A DNA stretch of 63,448 nucleotides, counting the filler, from Octopus bimaculoides (lineage: Eukaryota): assembly GCF_001194135.2 (NCBI RefSeq). It is 4 parts of 4 records of this genome, joined end to end, with 100 filler letters (N's around TTAATTAATTAA, not from the genome) between each part and the next. Parts side by side here need not be neighbours in the genome. Positions count along the whole stretch, not along the records: positions 27,216 to 55,321 come from NC_068981.1; positions 55,422 to 60,192 come from NC_068984.1; positions 60,293 to 63,448 come from NC_068989.1; 1 more part is not named here. One strand, given 5' to 3'. Made by a program: the position numbers and the translations under genes. The stretch's first letter is position 1, and the number at the start of each line of letters is the position of its first letter. Positions 48,545 through 62,344 of the stretch are shown here, piece after piece. The notes below the pieces were generated by a model. It was given only the letters and a program-made list of their open reading frames with translations, did no database searches and had not been told where the DNA came from.

Positions 48545-48900
48545 ACAACAAAAAAGTCGATGTTGCCCGCAGAATGTGCTCATGGATCCTCAGAACTTTT
48601 CAATCTAGAGATCATGAAACCATCGTCTTTCTTTTCTCCACATTCACTCCACCTCGAGTACTGCTACCCATTGTGTCCCCCTACAGAAAACACAACATAA
48701 TGAGGATCGAAGCGCCACAAAGATCAATCACAGAAAAAGTAAATGGCATGATGGGACTTGATTATTTGGCTCGACATCAACGGCTGAAGCTTTATTCTCT
48801 GCAACGACGCCATGAACTATATATTATTCGCACCAGATGGAAAATATTCCACCAATATTATCCAAATGATATCGGTATTATGCTTACAATTCATCCAAGA
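48545..48900 (+). mobile_element. CR1/L2-type LINE RT C-terminal fragment
   Basis: ARRMCSWILRTFQSRD...SPYRKHNIMRIEAPQRSITEKVNGM..LKLYSLQRRHELYII..WKI matches the well-known post-RT tail of CR1/L2-like ORF2. Confidence 0.8.
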
Positions 48901-50464
48901 CTAGGGCCCCGTTACTGGCCTTGTGCCAAAATTTGAAACTAATATTTTATGATGAAAATGGAAAATGTTCATTGCTTAATGATTATGGGCATTATGAGAA
49001 AGAAGGTGACAGTTCTGGCTATCAAAAGTATGAAATGTATAGATTTATAAATATATTGTTTATTCAGGAAACTTTCGTATACTTTCCCTCTGTTGATGAA
49101 TATATCTATTTATCAAATTCTGTGATGTTTTAGAAATAATAATGCACCTTGACCAGGGGTTCACAAACACATCTAACAGCCAATTACTTCTTAAAATTAT
49201 TATTGAAAATCCCTGCTTTTTAGTAATAAAGTGATTGATTAGAGTTTGTTCACACATAATTCTGCGTTCTTTGCCATGACGAATAGACAAGTTTAAAACT
49301 TAAATCTATCTTCATTTTAACTTCATCAGAAGGAAATTTGCTCGCTGTGTTTTCATTCCTGATAGGCTCCCGTAAGATGTCTTGCCTGCGAAATACTAAT
49401 GCAGGCAAATCAAAAGCGAAACCGTTTGTAATAAACGAAAGAAAGTAAAAAGAGTAACTTTGATGCAAACTCAGAAGATATACGACTTGAGTTTTATAGT
49501 TATATCATTTGTTTCAGAGCTGATGAGATAAATAAAAGCGTTAAAGGGTTTAACAAATTCACGACACAACTGTTTCGTAAGTCAATGAATATGTCAAAAA
49601 GGATCATGTAGAATATGTACTCTATGAGTTCTGCAGAAGGTTTACTATATTAGTTTTGTAATGTTTTGCTCAGGAGAAGAACTGTAGACAGCAGAAAAGT
49701 ATTTCACTTAATTGTCGAACTGTCTACACGCTGGTGCACAAATAATCGTAAATAAAATGAACTAAATCGCCGGAAAACAAGGTTCTATTATATCTTTGTA
49801 ACGACTTAGTATTTAAGTTTTAATATTTTTTCTAACTTAAATATCAGGAAAAAAAAAAAACATACGAAATTATATCAGATCTTGAACTCTTCAGTTACTA
49901 AAGTTTAACAAGCAAAAATAGTTCAACGTTATTTATCTTGAAAATCAATTTATTACTGTTTTGGTTTTTGAAATAAATACAAATTTAGCCTTAATATTTC
50001 TTCAAACATTGAATTTAAATGATAAAGATATAAAATTAATGTAAACTGGTCTTTTCATTCAGTATTTGTTGCAACTCACTTCGATAAAATTTAGAGAGTC
50101 GCTCAAGGCGGTGAGCTGTCAGAATAGTACGTAAAACTGTAAGAAATGTTTTGCGGCATTTCTTACAGGTTTATGTTTTGCGTTTAAATTTCACCGAGGT
50201 CATAGTCTGGTAAATATAGTTAACGCTCACCAGGCTAGTCATCCTATTTTCTTAAATATACTAGAAGGATGTACTGCTGGAAACTGTCAGTGGGGGTAGA
50301 CAGTGTCTGATTTGTGTCTCCGCTTACAGTAATGAGGATGAGTTTATCTGGATATTAAACAAGGATGATTCTTCGATGACTCTAATGTACACGATTCTCC
50401 TAATGTAGAGTTCGATCGAAAACTCACACATCCCATACTTTAATGTCTTACTTGCAGTTCGTTT

Positions 50465-50950
<486 letters not shown>

Positions 50951-53352
50951 AATTGAAATAAAGTATAAGGAAAATGTAATCAGATCTTGCTTTTACAGGC
51001 TCTAAGGAAGATAGCTAAGTCAGGACCTCATGTAATTATCGCAGGATTATTACAGTAACAGTGATACGCGATTCACTCAACATCTGTAACAGGGACGTTC
51101 TTGCCTTCTAGTAATTGAAAATTATTCAGACGTACACGTCATCAAATTTTATATTCTTATATCTGAATTAAAATACGAAAACAATAGTGATGTACTTGGC
51201 TCTCTAATCATTGTTATATTAATATAGTTAATATTGAAAGTTGCCAAGAAGATGAAGTGGTACACTATATTCCAATCAGAGTTATAATAAGTATACGTGG
51301 TTGGAATGAACTTAGAAGAGAACGATTTACAAATGAGTTATTAATGCACGTTTAGCAGAGTAATTGTATAGAGAAAAACAGTAAAACTTTTTTAAGTAGG
51401 TATCTGGGATGAGTTACAGTTTTGATACCGGTTACAATATTTGGAGATTGTTCTCTGCTGCTGGAATAATGGGAAAACGTTCAAATGACTGGAATAAGGG
51501 GTCAGCACAAATAACTGTTGCTAACAAATAAGCAGAAATAGTAATGATATTCACTAGTTATCAATAATTGTCTTTCAATGTCATGCACTTAATCAAATCG
51601 GAATCGATTTAGATATCATATTTAAGTCTAGTCGGATATCATTTTTTCATATGTGTAATATATCTTCCAATTTTCTTCTCACCATATTATCTATCTTATA
51701 TGGCAAATTATCAAATATGTAGATGTATTCTACAAGGTCAACCTAATTACATGCTCTTTGAACTCATACATTTCTTTTCTCGTCTCGGAGAGATTTCAGG
51801 AAGATTAGAAAACAAATTTTCAAATCATATATATCATTGCCAGACAAGTACATCTTATAAGTAAACTTGCCTTGAGAACTTAAAATGAGTCAGAAAACTC
51901 TTCCGCAAGAACGGATTTATTCTTATTGTTATTATTGATACATTTTTTTTCTATCTCCGTGGAGTTGACAAAAGGAGAACCAGACATGACGTGAGATCGA
52001 TTCAAATAGTTAAACCATCGTATTTCCTATTTGTGGCATACTGCCAAAGTAGTAATTTCTCACACTCAATAATTTTAGACAATATAAATCACGAATGCTG
52101 AAACGTTTCAAATTCAAACTCCATGCATTAGGCAATGTAAATTTCCCGAAAGTGTTGTATTTTATTTCTCGTTACAATTTACGATCTTGTCACTATTGAC
52201 AAATGCATACAACTCAATAAATATCTACCTGAAATATTTATAATTCCAGTTGACTTCCATGTGAAATACTATTTTTCTCCAATAAATGTCGATGTCCATT
52301 ATAAAATATGCAATGGCATCTTTGTCAATAAACAAATCTACGATTCTGTGTGATATAAAACGCCACGTTGTTCCTTAATATAATATTTTTCCAAGACTCA
52401 TTGCTACCAGATAAAAATACTAAAATGGGGGCTATTACATGACCAAACAACTTGCTAAAAACAGAAGCCACATTTCTCTAAAATCACATCCTTGATATTT
52501 TAAGTAAATGGAGACGGTTTAGATAAAGATGCCCGGAGTAAAACAACAGCATGGTTAGAACTGGCAGGTCTTTTATTATAGATTGATTCGACTTGGGTCA
52601 GACAAATATAAGAAGAACTAAACATTTCCAAGTCACTTGATCTATCCATCGCATCTCTCCTTTACAACAAACTAAAGCATTTTTAGAGGCTTTGAAAGAA
52701 ATATATCTTTCCAAACAAAATCAAGTTTTTCTCTCTTTTTGTTTTGTATTAGATTTCTGATCGAAAGTATTCCTTCTATATCCCTTGTCCCCTTTTATGT
52801 AAGTATAAGTATGTAGGATGACATCATTTAATACTTCCGTTACTTTGAGACAGCAGTGAGGGATTGGAGGAAAATTTAGCAGCTATTTCTAGCATTTTAA
52901 GAGTGTATGTTGTAAATTTTTCCTCGGCAGAAACTGTTCTGAGTTTCATGGAATAGAAAAGAACTATATCAGAAAAGTCCACGTGCCAATAACCAAGTCT
53001 TCTTTACGAATTTATATCTTGCACTCGTCCGCTTCTTTCTCGAATGTTTCACAATTTCCCGTGTGACTGTTCAGGAACCTCCCACGTTAGCAATGTTGGA
53101 GTTGGGATGTTTCATAACTATGACGAAACCTGCCTGTAGTACCAAACGTTGAACTTTGAATTGGATCGGAAATTTAACCATTGAACAAAGGTTATTAGCT
53201 ACTCAGCAGCACTATTTTAACACAACGCAGTTGTAGTCTCTTGTAATACTTGTATTGGATTTCTCGATACACTGCTCGAATAACCTTTCGGAAAATGGAT
53301 AAAGCACAAGCACCGCTTATCACACTTCCATGTGCACCATTCCAATTCACGA

Positions 53353-54830
53353 TAGGGGAAACCAGGGTAAGATGGACCACTGGGGTAAAACGGACCAGCC
53401 CCATTTTAGACATCTAAATGGGACTACACCATCACGAACGCTTTTTAATTCAAAGTTACTTCCTTTCGATCTCACATCCCGAAAAGTCTCATTTCGGCGG
53501 CAGTTTTCACGACACAGAAAGGAAACTACTGAAATTCAAGTCTTCAATATAAGTATTGCTTTCAAATATGTCATGTTAATGAAACAAATGCCAATACCTT
53601 AGGTAAGTATGGTCTATCCTATTTTGAAGCATTTGAAATGCCAATGTTTAAGCAACAACAGCCTTAATTTTTCCAAAGGTTTGGATGCAGAGCAGACATT
53701 TTTTTGTTGTAACCTGAATGGGGCAAAACGGACCAAGGGTGTTGGAGCAAGACGGTCCTCTCTCCCGTTTTGCCTCATATGTGTGTATGTTATTTGTGTG
53801 TATGCGTGTGCTTGTGTATTTGTGTATATATGCGCATGTATTTGCATGTGTGTGTATGTGGATGTGTTTCTATGGGTGTATACGTGTGTGTGCATGTGTG
53901 TGTGTGTCTATGTGTTCAGGAGTGTGAGCGCCGCTGTCTGTGTAAGTGTGAGCGCCGCTGTCTGTGTAAGTGTGAGCGCGCATGAGTTTAATCTCACTTT
54001 CTTCATCCCATCTTGCTTATTATTTCCAGATGGTGAGAAATTACATTCGTAAAACTGGAAGAGGCTCTTGGGTTCCAAATAACATACAGGCATCCGATAA
54101 GGAAGTTCTCTTAGCTAGGCAACAAAGCAGTATGAAGTCCCCAAGACAAACCTGAAAAGATACCTGGAAGGCAAAGTGTCTTCTCCTGACCAGCTTTCTA
54201 TAGGGTACATTCGGCTAACACTAAAGCATTTTGAGGAGGGACTGCTAGAGCACTGCGTCTACCTGCAACGGACTTTTTATGATCTCACTGCAAGAGTTTG
54301 CGTTCCTTGGCTTTTGAGGTTGCTGAGGCCAACAAGGACCCCCATAAATTCAATAAAGGAAAAGAGAAACTAGAGCAGACTGGCTGGTTTGTTTTTTAAA
54401 GCGTCACCCAACACTGAGCCTGCGCACTGCTTAGCCAATGAGTGTCGGTCGTGCTGCAGTATTCAACAGGGTCCAGGTTGGCAGATTTGTTGATGTTTTA
54501 AAAGAAGTCTACTAGTAGCACCATTTTACAGCTGATCAAATTTTCAACTTGGATGAAACACGTCTGTCCTCAGTTCCAAAAGTCATCTAACTGCATGGAG
54601 CGAAGCAGGTTGGACAAATTGTTAGTGCTGAGAATGGACGAACTGTGACAGCTGTGTGTGCACTGAGCGTCACTGGGAATTTCATACCTGCTGCGTTTAT
54701 CTTCAAGAGGAAGCGCATAGCCGATCCATTGCTGCATGGAGGACCAAAAGGTTCAGTTGCTTATGGAAGCGAAAATGGATGGAAACATTTTCTAAGTGGC
54801 TACACCATTTCATTCAACATAAATCATCGA
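53353..54830 (+). mobile_element. pogo/Tigger-like DNA transposon relic (HTH + DDE_1), right end missing
   Basis: TA|GGGGAAACCAGGGTAAGATGGACC left-end-like sequence. ATG at 54030 (MVRNYIRKTGRGSW), then FEEGLLEHC..LQRTFYDLT, DWLVCFLKRHPTLSLRT, FNLDETRLSSVPKVI and TVTAVCALSVTGNFIPAAFIFKRKR...SENGW. Many stops and frameshifts. Confidence 0.85.
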
Positions 54831-55193
54831 ATATTATCAGTCTTGCAGGTTTTCTGTCAGACTTTCCTTCTCCTCCAGAGATGTGACAACAGAGGGGCCT
54901 CACACTCATAGTGAGCCGACCACGCGCCTCGACACAAACCTAGATATTTCCACGTCTACGCGCATACATGCGTACATACACATGTACAGATATTGTAGGA
55001 TGGCTGCCGACTGCTCATGAGCACATCCGACCTTTGACAGGTGTTATTTTTCGTCCTGCAGAGTGTCCAACAATCACCCTCTTCACCAAGCAAGCTTAAT
55101 GGAGTTAACAGCTTAGTCTCCGACGACCCGATCATGGAATAGGTTGTACTGGGTTATGTAGCGTGTTACCAATAGCACCCAAGAGCGACCTGA

Positions 55194-55281
<88 letters not shown>

Positions 55282-55421
55282 TTGGAGATCGGAAGGGTGA
55301 TTTCCCTTTATATATATATATNNNNNNNNNNNNNNNNNNNNNNNNNNNNNNNNNNNNNNNNNNNNTTAATTAATTAANNNNNNNNNNNNNNNNNNNNNNN
55401 NNNNNNNNNNNNNNNNNNNNN

Positions 55422-55480
<59 letters not shown>

Positions 55481-55519
55481 CATACATATGTATATTTGTA
55501 TATATATCTTTATCTTTAA

Positions 55520-55748
55520 TCTTTTACTTTTTTCAGTCATTAGACTGTGGCCATGGTGGGATACCATCTTGAAAGATTTTAGTCAAAAGAATCGACCCCA
55601 ATACTTTTTGTACTTAAAGCCTGTCTTTTTTTTTTTCTCTTAGTCTCTTTTGCCAAACTTTTAACTTATGGGGACATAAACACACCAATACCAGTTGTCA
55701 AGCAGTGATGGCAAACACAGACACGAAGACACACACATGCTTGCACAT

Positions 55749-55786
<38 letters not shown>

Positions 55787-55844
55787 GACAGATTTCCTTT
55801 CAGTTTCCATCTACTAAATTTACTCACAAGGCTTTGACCAGCCC
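55520..55844 (-). mobile_element. Bipartite SINE, left piece (interrupted by the RTE LINE)
   Basis: 3' half, (CA)n and core up to actcacaaggctttgaccagccc. Confidence 0.75.
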
Positions 55845-58800
55845 TGGACAGAAAGACCGATTTTATGACACCCTCTTGCAGACTACCTCGTTGACGAATG
55901 ACAGGGACCTTCTCTTTGTGGCTGGTGACATCAATGGACATGTTGGACAACATACAGGGGGCTTCCATGGCGTACATGGAGGCTATGGTTTTGGTTCCTG
56001 CAATGAGGAGGGAACCAGGCTGCTGGAGTTCTGAGATGCAAATGATCTTCTGGGTTGCAATACTAACTTCAGGAAAGTTGCCAGTCACCTACCATTCTGG
56101 CAGACACACTAGCCAAATTGACTACATCCTCACCAGAAAAAGGGAAAGATGGCTGCTTATAAATGCCAAAACCTTCCCAGGTGAAGAATGTACCCCACAA
56201 CATAGACTGGTAGTTAGTGACTTCAGGATCAGGGCTAAGTGGATGCCCAGAAGATGACTAGCATGGAGGAAAAGGGTCTTCGAATTCTGCGATCCTGCGG
56301 ATCCTGCGAATGGACAGAGATTTAGAAACATATTACTCGAAGCCTTCGACGAAATAGAAGGGGATATAGCTTCACATGATGTGGAAGACAACTGGATATT
56401 TCTATGGGCAACCTGCTAAGAGCCACTGACCAGATCTGTGGATGGTGCAAAGTCCTCTATCGATCCGAAATAACGTGGTGGTGGAACAATATGGTTGACA
56501 GGGCTATTAGAGGCTTGGAAGGACTGGAAGAACAGTGGTAGCAGAGAATTGTATCAGACTGCCAGAAGGGAAGCAGATAAGAAAAAATTTGCCAATGTTC
56601 TGCGCCGTGAGGACCAAAGACTTGAGGTATTTCGTGTTGCAAGACAGTATGTGAGAGAGAATCGTGATGCTGTAGGAGAGAAATGTATCCGCATGGATGA
56701 TGGTTCACTTGCACTTAATGAGGCTGCAAAGAGAGAGGTCTGGAGACGCCACTATGAAAGGTTGCTCAATAAAAAAAGTGAATGGGAGAAAGAGAGTCTG
56801 CCGAATGTCGACCCAACTGAGGGACCAGCTATCCGAGTTGACAGTACCAAGGTAGATAAAGCAATTAAGAGTATGAAGACAGGGAAAGCCCCCGGCCCAT
56901 CAGGAATCACTGCAGAGATGCTCAAAATATCTGGCAGTGTTGGCTATAGCCTAGTCACCCATATAGTTAGCCAGGTGATGCATGAAGGAGTCATACCCAA
57001 TGACTGGTGTAGCAGCGCCATAGTCAACTGCTACAAAGGTAAAGGTGACGCTTTAGATACAAATAATTACAGAGGTATCAAGTTATTGGATCAAGTAATG
57101 AAGGTCATGGAGAAAGTCATAGCCCAACTAATTAGGGAGAGAGTCAGTCTAGAGGAGATGCAGTTTGGGTTTATGCCAGGGAAAAGCACCACTGATGCTA
57201 TATTTCAGGTAAAACAGTTGCAGGAGAAATATCTAGCCAAAGATAAACATCTGTACCTGGCTTTCATTGACATGGAGAAAGCCTTTGACAGGGTCCCCCG
57301 ATCCCTTATCTAGTGGTCAATGAGGAAACTAGGGATAGATGAATGATTAGTGAGAGCTGTGCAAGCCATGTACAGAGACGCTGTCAGTAAGGTGAGGGTT
57401 GGCAACGAGTACAGTGAAGAATTCCGGGTAGAGATAGGGGTCCACCAAGGTTCAGTCCTCAGCCCCCTCCTATTTATCATAGTCCTCCAGGCAATAACAC
57501 AGGAATTCAAGACAGGATGCCTCTGGGAGCTCCTCTATGCTGATACCTTGCTGTAATTGTTAAGTCACTATCAGAACTAGAGCAGAAGTTTCAGGTGTGG
57601 AAACAAGGATTAGAATCAAAGGGCCTTAGAGTCAACCTAGCTAAAACCAAAGTCCTAATAAGTAGAAAGGCAGACAAACCACAAATCCCTTCCGGTAGAT
57701 GGCTCTGCTCGATCTGTAGAAAAGGCGTAGGTAAAAACTCTATAATATGTACCCAGTGTAAGCTATGGACACATGAGAGGTGCAGCAATATCAAAGGAAA
57801 GCTAACTAAGAAGATAGTTTTGTATGTGGCAGATACACAGGAGCAATAAACACTGAACATGTGCAGAGTACAACTTCTGTCACATTCCAGGAAGAAAAAC
57901 TTGAAGTAGTTAATAGCTTCTGTTACCTAAGTGACCAAGTCAGTAGCGGGGAAGGGTGCGCTGAAAGTGTAGCTACTAGAATAAGAATAGCCTGGGAAAA
58001 CTTCAGAGAGCTCTTACCTCTGCTGGTGACAAAGGGCCTCTCGCTCAGAGTAAAAGGCAGACTGTATGATGCATGTATACGAACAGCCATGCTTTATGGC
58101 AGTGAAACATGGGCCGTGACTGCTGAGGACATGTGTAAGCTCGCGAGGAATGAAGCCAGTATGTTCCGATGGATGAGTAATGTCAGTGTGCATACTCAAC
58201 AGAGTGTAAGTACCTTGAGAGAAAAGTTGAACCTAAGAAGCATCAGATGTGGTGTGCAAGAGAGACAATTGCACTGGTATGGTCATTTGGTGAGAATGAA
58301 TGAGGATAGCTGTGTGAAAATATGCCACACTCTAGCGGTTGAGGGAACCTATGGAAGAGGTAGACCCAGGAGGATCTGGGATGAGATGGTGAAGCACGAC
58401 CTTCAAACATTAGGCCTCACTGAGGCAATGACTAATGACCCGAGACCTTTGGAAATATGCTGTGCGTGAGAAGACCCAGCAAGACAAGTGAGATCATAAC
58501 CCGTGGCCTTTACCAGGGGTGTAGCCATCCCACTTATGTATACCTTTCTTTCTTTGGACACAAAACCCTGCTTGCGAAGACCTGTTGAGGCAAGTGAAAT
58601 TGAAATCAAATCAAATTCGATGACTGGCATCTGTGCCAGTGGAACGCTAAGAGCACCATCCAAGCATAATCATTGCCAGAGCAGCTGTCTGGCTTCCATG
58701 CCAGTGGTATGTAAAAAGCACCATTTGAGCATGATTATTACCAGCTTAGCCATACTGGCACTTGTGCCGGTGGCACGTGAAAAAACATTCGAGCGAGGTC

Positions 58801-59078
58801 GTTGCTAGTGCCGCTCAACTGGCTCCTGTGCAGGTGGCACGTAAAGAACACCATTTGAGCATGGCCGTTGCCAGTACCGCCTGAGTGGCCCTCGTGCCGG
58901 TGGCATGTAAAAGCACCCAGTACACTCTTGAGTGGTTGGCGTTAGGAAGGGCATCCATCTGCCAGATCAGATCGGAGCCTGGTGCAGCCATCTGGTTCGC
59001 CAGTCCTCAGTCAAATCGTCTAACCCATGCTAGCGTGGAAAGTGGACGTTAAACGATGATGATGATGATGATGATGAT
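55845..59078 (+). mobile_element. 5'-truncated RTE-clade LINE (APE remnant, RT, 3' UTR, (GAT)n tail); inactive
   Basis: AGDINGHVG, SQIDYIL, QHRLVV, KAPGPSGITAEMLK, YKGKGD..NYRGIKLL, QFGFMPGKSTTDAIF, FIDMEKAFDRVPR, GVHQGSVLSPLLFII, LLYAD, LYGSETW, RGRPR. Several stops and frameshifts. (GAT)8 tail. Confidence 0.92.
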
Positions 59079-59150
59079 TGCCCAAAGTGCCATGCAGTGA
59101 GACTGAACCTAGAATCTAGATTGGGAAGCAAATTTTTGTCATGCAACTCC
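59079..59150 (-). mobile_element. Bipartite SINE, right piece (head) resuming after the LINE
   Basis: tgcccaaagtgccatgcagtgagactgaacc continues the consensus seen intact at 50868-50900. Confidence 0.7.
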
Positions 59151-59174
59151 ATATTTGTGTGGATACACACACAA

Positions 59175-59207
<33 letters not shown>

Positions 59208-59859
59208 AAATGTAGGTACAGGGTCTTAAATTTTAGTAAGAGAGAGTTAGATGATTAAGTGAGACTCATTATTTCACTGGTACCTTAATTTACTGACCCC
59301 CAGAGGGATGAAAGATGAAGGTGATCTTTGCTGGATTTGAAATTAAAATGTAAAAAGATGGAACTACATCAGGCTTTTGAGCAAATGTTCAAACAATTCT
59401 GCCAATCTGTCAACAATTTGTTTTTGGTCATAACATTTTCTTTCAAAGATATCTTTTTAGAATAAAACATAATAAAACAGAATAGAGAACAGAATACAAC
59501 AGAAAGAATAGATTGGAATAGAAAATAATATAGAAGAATAGAACAGGATATAGTTGACTTGCATCTCAATAATACCAGCAACAACAACATTATCAACTTT
59601 TTGTGGATATGCTCTATATTACTCACCGGGTCTTTAACAAAGAAGACAATCTTCTTTACTTGAATGATGATATGGAGATCACTAAGTTTCTCTTTCCAGA
59701 ATTCATACTGAACCTTTGTAGAGTATCAGAAAAGAAAAAAGAACAAAGTCAATTATTAGTGGCACATTACCAGCATTTGGTTATAACACCATTATTACTA
59801 AGTATTTATTATATCTATCTATTCATAGAATGATGCAGTTTAACTGCATCATTTATCTT

Positions 59860-60371
59860 TTACTTGTTTGTCATTAGGCTGTGACCATGCTGAAGCACCA
59901 CCTTGGGGAACTTTTAGTTGAATGAATCAAATCCAGTACTTATTTTTTTATTGGTAACTTTTAGCGAACTGCTAAATTACAGGGACATAAACACACCAAC
60001 ATTGATTGTCAAGCAGTGGTGGTGGGGCTAACCACGAAACCTTTTGCTATTTTCTGTCCCTGTTTATTTCTGTGTTCCTTTCTGTCAAAGAGCATAGGCT
60101 CAAAACACAAAAGACTTTCTCACTTTCCGAGCCTTAAACTAATACATCTGTTTGTTGTTTACACACCTGTCTTCATCTTTTGTTTTTTTGTANNNNNNNN
60201 NNNNNNNNNNNNNNNNNNNNNNNNNNNNNNNNNNNNTTAATTAATTAANNNNNNNNNNNNNNNNNNNNNNNNNNNNNNNNNNNNNNNNNNNNACACATAT
60301 ACAAATATGCATGAATATATATGCACACACACTTTTATACAAATTTTTACATCAATACATCTACGCTCTCG

Positions 60372-60437
<66 letters not shown>

Positions 60438-60630
60438 TGTCACTTGTTTCAGTGATTGGATAAGTTGGAACGTTCAGTGGAGCAAATGAACTCGAGTACC
60501 CATTTTTTGAAATCTGGTACTTATTCTATCTTTTTGTCGAACCCCTGGGGAAGTAGATAAAAAATACCGTCTTATCAAGCGATGGTAGGGGACACAAACA
60601 TAAGCACACACGGACACACACTCAAACATT
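59860..60630 (-). mobile_element. Two 3'-half fragments of the bipartite SINE separated by a gap and (GATA)n
   Basis: cttttacttgtttgtcattaggctgtgaccatgctgaagcaccaccttg (59860-60020) and cacttgtttcagtgattgg...caagcgatggtagggg (60440-60600). Confidence 0.6.
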
Positions 60631-62344
60631 CACACATATATCTCTCTATATATATATATAATTTAAAACAGTTTGGTGCAGCTCTGTGTGGAAGGTATGA
60701 ATCCTAGAAAAGCACAATACTAAGAATGTTATCTATGTGGGAAAGAGTAATAGCTTAGAAGATAGAAAGGAGAATTTAGAAATCACCTCTAGTGAAACTG
60801 ACGCGGAAACTATTAATGGTAGTAGTAGAATTATCAAATGCGATTGCGCAAGGAATAGAATTTGCCCGCTTACCTCGAATTGGAGGTATAAAAATATTGT
60901 ATACAGATGTAAAGTTACCTCAGAAAATATTGGAGCTAGCTCACGTTATATTAAGTAAAGAATTGCCAATCATTTAAATTCGTTTAGGTATATATACAAA
61001 TGAACACTAGCCTTAGTAAACTAATTTGGGCACTAAAATCAAATAACAAAATATATTCACTTGGCTGGCAAATGAATAGTAAGGCAAAACCTTATACAGT
61101 AGGCGATAGTAGATATGACTTTTGTATGGAAGAAATGTAACAAATTTCAACTTTTAAATATACTGTTATAAACACAAGACAGAAACAGCTCTAAGATATC
61201 GACACTTGAGAAATATACGCTTAAACAATTTAAATAAACACAACTCATCTTCTATAATAATTATGCTAGTTACAATACTGACTGTAACGATATATGATAT
61301 TAATATTAATAATATTAATAATGATAATAATAACAATAATATTCATTTAGGGTATAAATCCAAAATAAGTAAAATACCTCTGAATAAATAATGTACTCCA
61401 TACAGTAAAATGTAAACAAAACTGCTAGATTTAATTGAAATTTAATTAAACATTTTTAAAACAACGCTTCAGCTGTAATACCAGCGGGTGTGATTATAAG
61501 ACCAGCATTCCATCGAATATAAATAGTAAAGCTATTACCTACAACTGAATACCAACGCAGGACATTTATTTAAATCAGTTCACTTTGAAACCATTGTGAG
61601 TGATGGACCCTTGATGAAATTGCAACGACTAGAATGCATAATTGCATACAAAGCAATGTACAGTCGCTGCAGTTGAAACATATGTAGGTCAGTTGAATAC
61701 GTTGGAGAAAACATTTCAATAAATAAATTTTTGGATGTTAATAAAATTTCTACTCTCCTCTTCGTTATCAATGTTATATATATATAATACTTTGCATGTA
61801 CTACGGCCTTGCATTGTTTTTTTCTTGCTGCATTTTTCATCATTTTGGAGGATTACTTGTGTGTATATATACTCCCTAGATATTTAACAAGATGTTTTGT
61901 ATCTTCAACTGAAATGGAGACAAACGCAATTCCTTCATGTGATCGGCTTGAAAAATTATTAAAATATTAAGATATTTTGTTTAACAAGCAGTGTTGAGCA
62001 TTTATGCATATATATATATATAGTTTTTTTTTGGAGCCCGCAAGATGGCGGAACAGCTGGAAGTCAATAGCCAATAAAAAAGGAGATAATCCCCAATTGT
62101 TACCTTCGAGTAGTGAGGTATTACCCTCTATATTTTTAAGAGGTCATGAGCCAACATGTTTTGGGATCTGTTTTGGGGATACGCTATAAAGCTACAACCG
62201 TTATGGTTGGGAAACCTAAGGTGATCCCATGTACTGACCTTCCCCATTTTTAATATGTATTGCTCTACATCTTAGAGTATGCTTCTTCTTTCAGATTTAT
62301 GTTTTTCAAACGATATATATATATATTTAAAGAGAGAGAGAGAG

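Noticed and set aside
56495-57313. 272-aa ORF as a host gene or active reverse transcriptase
   Set aside because: It is one frame-bounded piece of a 5'-truncated RTE LINE with multiple stops and a broken YADD motif.
58624-58918. Repeat array as a CRISPR-like locus
   Set aside because: Eukaryotic context, whole units are homologous with no unique spacers, and it lies within a LINE 3' UTR.
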